This document shows positions 18,540 to 26,929 of a DNA stretch of 64,000 nt, in pieces. The position numbers were made by a program, and so were the translations under genes. The notes beneath the pieces were generated by a model. It did not search any database. It was not told the origin of the DNA and saw only the letters and a list, made by a program, of their open reading frames with translations. Within the stretch, counting starts at the first letter, position 1. Every line of letters begins with the position of its first letter. The stretch comes from an uncultured Anaerolinea sp. (GTDB taxonomy: Bacteria; Chloroflexota; Anaerolineae; Anaerolineales; Anaerolineaceae): NCBI GenBank assembly GCA_964468875.1, contig CAYXWV010000011.1, positions 303 to 64,302 on the forward strand. The letters are read 5' to 3'.

Positions 18540-18834
18540 ATTGATACGGAATCTTCTTAACCACTAAAAACATTGCAGCATGTTCCCCAGTAATCCGCAC
18601 AATTCTTCCTAAAACTTCAATGTTCTTTTCATCGTGTAATTTAACCACAGCGTGAAATAAATCTCCTGGCAATTTCACGTTTTCTTTTATTTTAAATCGA
18701 AGACCTGTTTCACTTAAATCCAAAACATCATATTCAATATTCCTGATTAGCAATACAGGATGATACTCTTGAGGATACATTACACGATAGCTTTGTCTTC
18801 GGTCCAGGTTAGGTTTATTTGAATTATTGATCAT
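18490..18834 (-). CDS. PilZ-domain (c-di-GMP-binding) protein
   Basis: 114 aa with both PilZ motifs: RRQSYR (RRxxxR) and DLSETG (DxSxxG). It is the last gene of the minus-strand flagellar operon. Confidence 0.8.
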   Translation of the reverse strand: MINNSNKPNLDRRQSYRVMYPQEYHPVLLIRNIEYDVLDLSETGLRFKIKENVKLPGDLFHAVVKLHDEKNIEVLGRIVRITGEHAAMFLVVKKIPYQFILSEQAYLRLKAQEK

Positions 18835-18836
18835 GA

Positions 18837-19139
18837 TTATGTCTTTTTAACTGTCTTTTTCTGAATTCGATATATATAAGATAGAACTTCTGCAACAACT
18901 TTATATAACTCAGGTGGTATAGTTCGATTAATATCAATTTCCATTAGAGCTGATGTTAAGATTGGATCATCCTGAATTGGAATACCATTTTGCTTTGCAA
19001 TAGTGATAATCTGTTCTGCAATTTTTCCTTTGCCCGATGCCAGTACCTTCGGGGCATCGTCTTTATTAGGATCATATCCAAGTGCTACAGCCTTAGGAGT
19101 AACTTCTTCTTTCTTCGCTTGAATGTAGAAAGAAGTCAT
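18837..19139 (-). CDS. FlhB C-terminal-domain-like protein (YlqH/COG2257-type)
   Basis: 100 aa. AVALGYDPNKDDAPKVLASGKGKIAEQIITIAKQNGIPIQDDP...IPPELYKVVAEVLSYIYRIQK is clearly paralogous to FlhB residues after NPTH. It has no TM domain and no NPTH motif. Confidence 0.85.
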   Translation of the reverse strand: MTSFYIQAKKEEVTPKAVALGYDPNKDDAPKVLASGKGKIAEQIITIAKQNGIPIQDDPILTSALMEIDINRTIPPELYKVVAEVLSYIYRIQKKTVKKT

Positions 19140-19140
19140 A

Positions 19141-20541
19141 TTACACCCCTAAATCAATTGATGAGATTGTTCGATTTGATAATTCTGGTTTCTCAAATCC
19201 AAGTTCCATTTTTGATTTATCTACTTCTACCCTGCTTGTTTTTAAAGTATATCCTATATTTGATAATCCAGTTTGAAAATCATCCATCTCCTCAGAAGCG
19301 AAATAACAAATTTCATCATTTGAACCTGTTATTTCAGCACCAACCATATTGGATACAATTGAAAGATCAACTTTTATTAATTCTTCCGGGTCCAAATCAA
19401 CCTGAATAATCAATCTTGTATAATTTGGGTTGATCACAGTTCCGGTTTCCTCAACATCTTGATGGGCAACTTTGATTAGTAAATTATGAATACTATCCCG
19501 TTCATCAAATGAGCTGTTATTCATCCCAAAACTAATTGGAAGGTCAAGTTGTGTCCAATGGTCTTTTACCATAGGTTGATCTGGCTCTGAGTTGACAAAA
19601 TGCATCCATCTCATCCCTTGAATAAAATTATCAATTGATGAATTTAATCGTGCTGAGATTGTATTACCCGATTCATGCGGTAAATTTGCCAGCGAAAATA
19701 ACACATTCCCCATTTTTGAATCTACCTTGTCGCCACCTTTTTTTTGAAGACTTTGCCCAATAATGTTTTCGATTGACGCCCCAAGGTTTTTTATTGACCC
19801 GGAAAGGTTCTTTTCTAATATTTCAGCAGGTGATTCACCATGAATAAGTACTCTGTTTAACGTATTAAGTACATCTCTCAATATATTGAGTGTTTGGGGA
19901 GGAAGATTTTGCCTTGTACTTTCAGTTTGTAATTGTTCATAGATTGAAATGAAGTTTTGTTTGATATCTTTTACTGCATTCTTTGCTAATAAGAAACTTT
20001 GTTCAGTTATCGGCAGACCAGCCGCCCTCATAGCCACGGCTAATTTCACATCTTGTGCTTTCCACTCTGGTAATGTGTCAAGTACTTTTTTAATATCGTT
20101 AAGAAGTTCGGGAGTTATTTTTAACCCCTGATTCAGAGCCGTTTGTACGATTTGCATATTTTCGGGCTCTGCCGGCACACCCAACTGCTGTAAGATCGTC
20201 TGACTTAATGAATCTCTGACCGCGAGTTGCTTTTGAGCAGCTTTGTTTTGCTCGTTATTGATCAACTGCAAGGTAACTTGATTATTGGATATGTCTTTTA
20301 CAACAAAATAGGCATATCTTCGATCCATCATCATGGCAAGTTGCTCAGATGATGTCATTTTTGCTACAATCTGGATGCCGTTTACAGAGACTACCACTTG
20401 TTCGTTTGATATGTTGATGATTTCGCCGGCGAAACGTTGATTTACTTTCAGAAACTGTTCTACATTGTCCTGAATGGGTTGTAAACTAGATTGAATCGGG
20501 CCGGTTATGTTCATCATGGCAATAACAGGGCTCTCTACCAT
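19141..20541 (-). CDS. Hypothetical flagellar-locus protein with FliK-like (Flg_hook-like) C-terminus
   Basis: 466 aa. The C-terminus RLIIQVDLDPEELIKVDLSIVSNMVGAEITGSNDEICYFASEEMDDFQTGLSNIGYTLKTSRVEV follows the L.PEELG.+D+.+ pattern of the FliK C-terminal domain. It appears translationally coupled to the FlhB-C-like gene. Confidence 0.45.
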   Translation of the reverse strand: MVESPVIAMMNITGPIQSSLQPIQDNVEQFLKVNQRFAGEIINISNEQVVVSVNGIQIVAKMTSSEQLAMMMDRRYAYFVVKDISNNQVTLQLINNEQNKAAQKQLAVRDSLSQTILQQLGVPAEPENMQIVQTALNQGLKITPELLNDIKKVLDTLPEWKAQDVKLAVAMRAAGLPITEQSFLLAKNAVKDIKQNFISIYEQLQTESTRQNLPPQTLNILRDVLNTLNRVLIHGESPAEILEKNLSGSIKNLGASIENIIGQSLQKKGGDKVDSKMGNVLFSLANLPHESGNTISARLNSSIDNFIQGMRWMHFVNSEPDQPMVKDHWTQLDLPISFGMNNSSFDERDSIHNLLIKVAHQDVEETGTVINPNYTRLIIQVDLDPEELIKVDLSIVSNMVGAEITGSNDEICYFASEEMDDFQTGLSNIGYTLKTSRVEVDKSKMELGFEKPELSNRTISSIDLGV

Positions 20542-20543
20542 CT

Positions 20544-20577
20544 CAGGCAGGTCTGCATAATTATGCAGACCTGCCTG
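20544..20577 (-). other. Perfect 14-bp GC-rich hairpin between flgE and the next gene
   Basis: CAGGCAGGTCTGCA-TAATTA-TGCAGACCTGCCTG. On the mRNA strand it ends 2 nt before the ATG at 20541. No U-tract follows it. Confidence 0.5.
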
Positions 20578-20586
20578 ATTTTCTCA

Positions 20587-21876
20587 TTATCGTTTTAGAT
20601 TTACCAATTCTTGCAAAACCTCATCAGATGTCGTGATAACACGAGTGGATGCCTGGAAGCTGCGTTGTGCCAGGATCATGTTAGTGAATTCCTGCGCCAT
20701 ATCCACATTGGATGCTTCCAAATAACCGGAGGTAATTGCTCCACGACCACCTGTGTTTGCAGTACCAACCTGAGGTTCACCTGAGTTCAACCCAATCTTG
20801 AATTGGTTTGAACCTGCCCGAATCAAGCCTGAAGGATTGGTGAAATGTGCCAATGCAAGTTGACCCACCAACTGTTTCAAGCCATTGGAGTAAACCAGAT
20901 ACATTTCTCCAGTATTGGGGGCACCATAAAGTTCAGATACTGAACCAGCCGCAAGTCCATCTTGACTGCGTGGTGCCAGGGTAGTCTGTGATGAAAGCAT
21001 TGTCAAGCTTGACATATCAAGATTATCCAGTGCTACGCTATTGGCACCAGCAGAACCTGGGATAACTACAGTATCTGTTCCAGTTGCTGATGTGAATAAC
21101 CCATCACTTGAAAAAGTGATTGTTCCGTTTCCAGTTGATCCACTAGGCGCGCTAACAGCCCAATTCCAAACCAGTGGGTTGGTAGTACGCGTGAAGGTAA
21201 TTGTGGGGGTGTGAGAGTCACCCAGTGAGTCATACACTGCAATTGTTGTAGCAACTGAACCACCTGGAACAGCCGCGGCTGTTTCATCTTCAGGTGTTGC
21301 AGGATCATCCACAACAGCATCCGCGGCTAATGTCAAATCAGAATCAAGGTTCCCACCCAGTGATGCATTCCTAGTTTCGCGTGCAATTGTAGCATCTAAT
21401 GATATTTTCATTGTTGTTGTGGGCTCGTTTGTATCAATGGTCGTAGAACTACTACCAACCATCCAGCCAGTAATGCGCAGGCCTGTAGAGTTGTTTACCA
21501 AGTACCCATCTGCATCAATTTCAAGTGATCCTTCACGTGAATATGTAGTTTCTTGTCCATTTGAGTAAATAAAAAAGCCATTTCCTTGAACTGCTAGGTC
21601 AGTGCTTCTACCAGTTGACTGCATCATGCCCTGTGTAAAAGTAGGCGAAATATAGCCTAATTTCACACCCAAACCAACTTCTGTAGGATTAATGCCACCA
21701 ACATCACCAATAGGTGCTGCACCAGAACTCATTACCTGAGCAAATTGATCTTGAAAAATCACCCGGCTCGATTTAAATCCAACAGTGTTTGAGTTGGCTA
21801 AATTGTCAGAAATTACATCAAGAAATGTTTGATTTAAGTTTAACGAACTGATTGCTGTAAACATTGAGCGTATCAT
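20587..21876 (-). CDS. flgE: Flagellar hook protein FlgE
   Basis: Start taken at the ATG at 21876 (MIRSMFTAISSLN), with RBS AGGAGAG 5 nt upstream. The C-terminus is GYLEASNVDMAQEFTNMILAQRSFQASTRV. Confidence 0.9.
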   Translation of the reverse strand: MIRSMFTAISSLNLNQTFLDVISDNLANSNTVGFKSSRVIFQDQFAQVMSSGAAPIGDVGGINPTEVGLGVKLGYISPTFTQGMMQSTGRSTDLAVQGNGFFIYSNGQETTYSREGSLEIDADGYLVNNSTGLRITGWMVGSSSTTIDTNEPTTTMKISLDATIARETRNASLGGNLDSDLTLAADAVVDDPATPEDETAAAVPGGSVATTIAVYDSLGDSHTPTITFTRTTNPLVWNWAVSAPSGSTGNGTITFSSDGLFTSATGTDTVVIPGSAGANSVALDNLDMSSLTMLSSQTTLAPRSQDGLAAGSVSELYGAPNTGEMYLVYSNGLKQLVGQLALAHFTNPSGLIRAGSNQFKIGLNSGEPQVGTANTGGRGAITSGYLEASNVDMAQEFTNMILAQRSFQASTRVITTSDEVLQELVNLKR

Positions 21877-21940
21877 TTTACTCTCCTGTAGGTTAGAGCA
21901 GGCTTCCTCCAAGAGGGCCAGCCTGCAATTGATTTATTAT

Positions 21941-22372
21941 TTATTGTTTAATATTCACAGTGCTGCTTTGATCATTATCGGATGGATCAGCAAAAACCAC
22001 ACTATCAATCTGTGTGAAAACACCTTCTCCACGATTTTTTGAATCAAGAGCAGTTACCACAAGTCGGTCACGTACATTCACGATGAATGCCATGTCGTCC
22101 ACCATTACCAAAGATTCTTTGCCTCCTCGTTTTTCGGCTTTGTCAACTGCATTGGCTAAACGGTTGATCCCATCATCAGAGAGATTGATATTTCGTGATT
22201 CCAGCCTTTTTTGAGCGTGGTTAGAGAATCTCAAATTTTGAGTCTGTGCTAACGTTTCGGCAAAACTTGTTTCAGTTGACTTGGTTGTCTTTGAAACGTT
22301 ACTGCCTGTTGAGCCAGTACTCTGAGGTGGGATGATTCCCGGGTTTGAGTGAATGGTCAAATCATCTGTCAT
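21941..22372 (-). CDS. Flagellar operon protein (TIGR02530-like, between flgD and flgE)
   Basis: 143 aa. LRFSNHAQKRLESRNINLSDDGINRLANAVDKAEKRGGKESLVMVDDMAFIVNVRDRLVVTA matches my memory of this small family found between flgD and flgE in Firmicutes and spirochaetes. Confidence 0.6.
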   Translation of the reverse strand: MTDDLTIHSNPGIIPPQSTGSTGSNVSKTTKSTETSFAETLAQTQNLRFSNHAQKRLESRNINLSDDGINRLANAVDKAEKRGGKESLVMVDDMAFIVNVRDRLVVTALDSKNRGEGVFTQIDSVVFADPSDNDQSSTVNIKQ

Positions 22373-22377
22373 AATTA

Positions 22378-22806
22378 CTAATCGCTTTCCACTGCAACTA
22401 TTGAATCCAGTGCGACATCCTTTCCATCAACTTGTACGGTTGTTTTACCATCAACTGTCAACATAGATGTGACTTTTCCGGTAATCACCGTGGATGTATC
22501 ATTCTGGTCAGGAATTGCAGTGATTGTTTTACCCAAGAGACTGCAAGCATAGCTTAACTCTTGTGACTTTGTCATCTCAGTAATGCTCTCTTTAATTGAA
22601 ATCAAAGCATTCAATGAATTTAATTGAGCGAGTTGAGACATCATCTCAGTGCTGTCCATTGGGTTTAACGGATCTTGATATTGTAACTGTGCCAACAAAA
22701 GTGTCATAAACTCTTCACTGTCAGTTTTCTTTTTGCTTTCACTAATCGTGGTAGCTTCTGAAGATTTGCTGGTCGCCATTACGGATGTAATACTACTGCT
22801 TGCCAT
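22378..22806 (-). CDS. flgD: Hook capping/assembly protein FlgD
   Basis: FMTLLLAQLQYQDPLNPMD signature, with a C-terminal beta-rich domain. Confidence 0.9.
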   Translation of the reverse strand: MASSSITSVMATSKSSEATTISESKKKTDSEEFMTLLLAQLQYQDPLNPMDSTEMMSQLAQLNSLNALISIKESITEMTKSQELSYACSLLGKTITAIPDQNDTSTVITGKVTSMLTVDGKTTVQVDGKDVALDSIVAVESD

Positions 22807-22817
22807 TTTGCTTTATC

Positions 22818-24209
22818 CTATATCCGGTAATCAACTGCGGTGGTCTGCAATTGAACCTTTTTATCGGTTTGTATGGAATTGTTAGCAGAAACATAAGTGT
22901 GCTGATATGCAAAATTATCAAACATTTGACGATCTTCATAATTTTGTTGTTTGTTTGAATTCTGACCTTGCCCAATGTTCAGATCACTAAGTTCAATACC
23001 AGCCTGTTGCATATTCTGCTTTAACGAATTCATTTCCGATTTTAATGCGTTTTGAGTATTCGCATTGTCAGCAACCATCGTCACACCAATGCCGGCTTTG
23101 GTAGACACTATCTTGATGTCAATATGACCCAACTCTTCAGGATATAGCTGCATCCTCACTGAAGACCGATTAGTTTTCACCATTTGGTCCAGCTGATTAG
23201 CTATCTGAGAGATGACTTCGTTTCTGGGAGCTTCCGCCAAGCGGGCCGGCTCATTGAGTGTTGAAGTCTGTGTGACGATTTGGTTTGCGTTGACTGCTGC
23301 ATTCTCCGTCACTTTTGGAGTATCTGGTGGAGCAGCATCCTTCGTGACCTTTACTTCAATCTCTTTTTCACTGACGCCAGTCTCCATTTTGATTTGTGTT
23401 GACCCTGATTTTTGATCCTGCTTTGTAACATATCCGTTGATCTCTTGTTGCTTGGACTGGTTTGATTCTGTATTATTAACTTTTTCTTGATTTGCATTAC
23501 CCGCTTCTTGAGCAACGACCTTTTCAGGTTGTTCATAGATCACTTTATCTTGTAAAGAAACCGCTTTTTCATTAACAGGAAGTTGTTCTTTAATCGATTC
23601 TACTTTAGGCAAATCACCTTTTACACCTGCTTCAGGTTTTTGGGTATCAGTGACTTTTGTTTCCACATCAATCACCTGTTTCGCAGCTTCTTCATTTTTT
23701 AATGCAGCTTTTTCTGGCATGGTAGAGAACCCAGCCTTGTTCTGATTTTCAGCAGCAACCACTTCAACTGTAGAAGGGTCTATGACTTCTATTGTTTCTT
23801 GTCCTTTTGTTTCAGTAATCAAAGGCTCAACTGAAACGAATTGCTGCCTCATAGCCACTGCATCAGCCTTAACTGTTGTCTCTTCTACCTCAGATGTTGT
23901 GCTTTTTTCTTCATCTTTGGCTTTTTCAGTATTTTGTTCGTTTTTTGCTTCTTTTACCTCTTTCTTTTCTTGGGTTGATCTAACTTTTGCTTGATCTGAA
24001 GGACCTTGCACTTTTTGTGCGTCAGAATAATCTGATCCCTCAGTTGTTTTAACGTCGTTACGGTCGTTTTCAACAAACCGTTCAGACGTCTTTTGAAAGA
24101 TCAATTCAAATGATTCTTGAATTGATGCCGGTGCCGCTTGGACATCGGGCTTGGTTGAAGCAATCACGTTTGGTGGTGATGTGCTTGCAACAGCAACAAC
24201 ATTTTGCAT
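22818..24209 (-). CDS. fliK: Hook-length control protein FliK
   Basis: 463 aa. A low-complexity K/E/Q/T-rich central region is followed by a C-terminal Flg_hook domain: VRMQLYPEELGHIDIKIVSTKAGIGVTMVADNANTQNALKSEMNSLKQNMQQAGIELSDLNI. Confidence 0.8.
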   Translation of the reverse strand: MQNVVAVASTSPPNVIASTKPDVQAAPASIQESFELIFQKTSERFVENDRNDVKTTEGSDYSDAQKVQGPSDQAKVRSTQEKKEVKEAKNEQNTEKAKDEEKSTTSEVEETTVKADAVAMRQQFVSVEPLITETKGQETIEVIDPSTVEVVAAENQNKAGFSTMPEKAALKNEEAAKQVIDVETKVTDTQKPEAGVKGDLPKVESIKEQLPVNEKAVSLQDKVIYEQPEKVVAQEAGNANQEKVNNTESNQSKQQEINGYVTKQDQKSGSTQIKMETGVSEKEIEVKVTKDAAPPDTPKVTENAAVNANQIVTQTSTLNEPARLAEAPRNEVISQIANQLDQMVKTNRSSVRMQLYPEELGHIDIKIVSTKAGIGVTMVADNANTQNALKSEMNSLKQNMQQAGIELSDLNIGQGQNSNKQQNYEDRQMFDNFAYQHTYVSANNSIQTDKKVQLQTTAVDYRI

Positions 24210-24210
24210 C

Positions 24211-24621
24211 TTAGCCTCCTTGAGCTATAGATTTCAACAGGAGCAGCTTGCTGCTGATCCCCTGACTGATTGCCGAATAACGTAAATTTGTTTCTGACAT
24301 GTCAAGTAGCTCTGTATCAATATCAACATTGTTGCCGTCTTCTCGATACGTGCCACCTGATCGACTTGTTGTGGATAATAAATTCGTTACCCATGACTCA
24401 GAATCCATGTGTCGGCCGCTAGTCTTTGCCAACGATACTTTCATTGTACTTTGATCAAGGGTTCTTTTTAATGTGGTTTCAAAGTCAACTTGTTTGGCAG
24501 TATAGCCTGGAGTATCCACATTAGCGATATTGTTACTAATGACTTGATGCCTTGCAGATAATCCATTGAGTGCTAGTTTTGCGGCTTGTAACGCATCATT
24601 TGTAAACAAAGAAGAACTCAT
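24211..24621 (-). CDS. flgB: Proximal rod protein FlgB
   Basis: LSARHQVISNNIANVDTPGYTAKQVDFE and REDGNNVDIDTELLDMSETNLRYSAISQ are canonical FlgB segments. Confidence 0.88.
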   Translation of the reverse strand: MSSSLFTNDALQAAKLALNGLSARHQVISNNIANVDTPGYTAKQVDFETTLKRTLDQSTMKVSLAKTSGRHMDSESWVTNLLSTTSRSGGTYREDGNNVDIDTELLDMSETNLRYSAISQGISSKLLLLKSIAQGG

Positions 24622-24632
24622 TTCACTCTCCT

Positions 24633-25139
24633 TTAGTTCTGGTCATTATAATAACCAATGACACGAGAGACATAGGCTTGGGTTTCCTGATATGGCGGTA
24701 TTCCTTCATATCGATCAACAGCTCCCGGGCCTGCATTGTAAGCAGCTAAAGCTAGCTCTACATTACCTCCATATCGGTTCAATAAACCTTTTAGATACAA
24801 TGTGCCTCCGTTAATGTTTTGCTCAGGATTATAAGAATCCATTACACCCAAATCAGATGCTGTACCTGGCATCAATTGCATGAGCCCAACTGCACCAGCA
24901 GCAGAAATAGCTTTCTCATTAAAATTTGATTCAGCTTTAATAACTGACTCAATCAAATCTGCATCCACACCGTATTTATCCGAAGCCTTATTGATCAGTT
25001 CTGAAAATCTTGTGTTTGCGCTGACTTTACCACTCGAGCCACCTGTGTCGTCCGCGTTATCAGTCTGTTTCTCTAAAAGTTTCATAATCAAATTAAGCAT
25101 CATCATTTGCATGCTGCTGTTAAATGAATTATCAATCAC
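24633..25139 (-). CDS. Flagellum-associated lytic transglycosylase (SLT domain, FlgJ-like role)
   Basis: 168 aa. SLT catalytic region IKAESNFNEKAISAAGAVGLMQLMPGTASDLG...AAYNAGPGAV. The N-terminus MQMMMLNLIMKLLEK resembles a rod-binding segment. There is no signal peptide. Confidence 0.75.
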   Translation of the reverse strand: MIDNSFNSSMQMMMLNLIMKLLEKQTDNADDTGGSSGKVSANTRFSELINKASDKYGVDADLIESVIKAESNFNEKAISAAGAVGLMQLMPGTASDLGVMDSYNPEQNINGGTLYLKGLLNRYGGNVELALAAYNAGPGAVDRYEGIPPYQETQAYVSRVIGYYNDQN

Positions 25140-25596
25140 GATGCAACTCTACTTCCTGACGTTTTTGAAAATTTCTGGCAATATAAACGTCATCCTGCTC
25201 TTTATTTTCATGAGCCTGCTCAAGCTCTTTATACCGTTTTACTTCTTTTTTCTTCAAAATATCAAGGGTTTCTTCTGCCTGACGCGCGGCTACTAGTTGT
25301 CTCCGTTTGTTTTCAATTTCTATCTGAAGACTAGCTAGAGCAAGATGACAGTTGTCAATGGCTGTCATATGTTGATTAATATTCGCCCGCATGTGCGCCA
25401 CGACAAATAAATCCATTTCTCCAATCATCTGTTCATGAAGTTTTGCCATTAAGTTTTCTTTATTAATTTCAAGTTTTTCAATTTCATGAAAAATTAGTTG
25501 TTCACGCGCAATTAATTTACTGAATTCAACCTCTAGTGCCTCAGCTCGACTATGTCTTACATCTAAAACTGTTTGTAAAGAGAATTTTGGTGGCAT
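25132..25596 (-). CDS. fliJ: Flagellar export chaperone/stalk protein FliJ
   Basis: Start taken at the ATG at 25596 (MPPKFSLQTVLDVRHSRAEALE). The RBS GGAGG lies in the fliI 3' end. It is a coiled-coil protein of 154 aa located after fliI. Confidence 0.7.
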   Translation of the reverse strand: MPPKFSLQTVLDVRHSRAEALEVEFSKLIAREQLIFHEIEKLEINKENLMAKLHEQMIGEMDLFVVAHMRANINQHMTAIDNCHLALASLQIEIENKRRQLVAARQAEETLDILKKKEVKRYKELEQAHENKEQDDVYIARNFQKRQEVELHRD

Positions 25597-25597
25597 T

Positions 25598-26929
25598 TTA
25601 TGCCTCCTTTTCCTGTTGCTCCATAACCAATAAAGCTTCAAGTGTTTGTTCGAAGGGGGTAACATCGTGCATGTTTTGCTGCAAGAAGCCTGTTAATGCC
25701 GGCATAACTTTCAATGCACCATCAATTTCTGGATCAGAACCTCCAACGTACGCACCAATATTGATTAAATCTCTGGCTTTTTCGTAAGTGGCCAAATGCT
25801 TTCTGGCTGTCGCGGCTGCATGAATATGATCTCGAGAGGTAACTGCTGGCATAACACGACTTACACTATTTAAAACATCAATAGCAGGGTAATGGTTACG
25901 TGCAGCAAGTTCACGGGATAAAATGATATGCCCATCTAGAATACCACGAGCAGCATCACATATCGGCTCATTAAAGTCATCGCCTTCTACCAAAACAGTA
26001 AAAAATCCGGTTATGGTTCCTTTCTTTCCTGCACCTGCTCGTTCCAAAAGTCTGGGCAATAACGCAAACACTGATGGTGTGTATCCCTTTGATGCTGGAG
26101 GTTCACCAATTGCTAATCCAATTTCACGCTGTGCCATGGCATAACGAGTTACTGAGTCCATTAAGAAAGTTACATCCATTCCCATATCACGAAAAGATTC
26201 TGCTATGGTCATTGCAATTGAAGCAGCTTTGAGGCGAACCAATGCTGGTTGATCTGAAGTGGAGACTACCACAACAGAACGCGCCAAACCTTCTGGCCCA
26301 AGGTCCCGTTCAAGAAATTCTCTCACTTCTCTGCCTCGTTCTCCAACTAATGCGATCACACTTACGTCAGATCGTGAACTTCTTGCCAACGCACCTAATA
26401 ATGTACTCTTGCCAACACCAGAACCGGCAAAAATGCCCATCCGCTGACCTTTTCCACATGTTAATAACCCATCTATAACTCTTACACCTGTTACTAAAGG
26501 ACTCGTAATTGGTGCTCGCTCCAGTGGATGTGGAGGAATATTGTATGTAGAGATCTTTTTTACATTATCTAAAGAAGGACCAGAGTCCATTGGTTTTCCC
26601 AATCCGTCTAAAACCCTGCCTAAAAGATGTGTTCCAACCGGAGCCCTGAAAGTCTTATAAATCGGAAAAACCGTGCTTCCGGGTTGAATTCCCTGCATAT
26701 CACCTAAAGGCATTAAAAGAATTCTTTCTTCTTTGAAACCAATGACCTCAGACATAATATTGATGCCCAAACTTGTCGTAATCATGCAAACTTCACCGAT
26801 TTGACAATCAAGACCAATTGCTTCGATTGTTAATCCCAATACTTGAACAACCTTGCCTGAGTTTCGAGTGGTTGAAACTTCATTCAAAGCAGACGAATAT
26901 CGAGAAAGATCGGGCAGTTCTATTTGCAT
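25598..26929 (-). CDS. fliI: Flagellum-specific ATPase FliI
   Basis: Walker A GSGVGKSTLL, Walker B VTFLMDSVTR, F1-beta-like fold. Confidence 0.95.
   Translation of the reverse strand: MQIELPDLSRYSSALNEVSTTRNSGKVVQVLGLTIEAIGLDCQIGEVCMITTSLGINIMSEVIGFKEERILLMPLGDMQGIQPGSTVFPIYKTFRAPVGTHLLGRVLDGLGKPMDSGPSLDNVKKISTYNIPPHPLERAPITSPLVTGVRVIDGLLTCGKGQRMGIFAGSGVGKSTLLGALARSSRSDVSVIALVGERGREVREFLERDLGPEGLARSVVVVSTSDQPALVRLKAASIAMTIAESFRDMGMDVTFLMDSVTRYAMAQREIGLAIGEPPASKGYTPSVFALLPRLLERAGAGKKGTITGFFTVLVEGDDFNEPICDAARGILDGHIILSRELAARNHYPAIDVLNSVSRVMPAVTSRDHIHAAATARKHLATYEKARDLINIGAYVGGSDPEIDGALKVMPALTGFLQQNMHDVTPFEQTLEALLVMEQQEKEA

Noticed and set aside
18990-19409. 139-aa plus-strand ORF; similar antisense ORF at 24880-25296
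   Set aside because: Both are antisense to flagellar genes in AT-rich sequence. They are hydrophobic or low-complexity artefacts without start signals.
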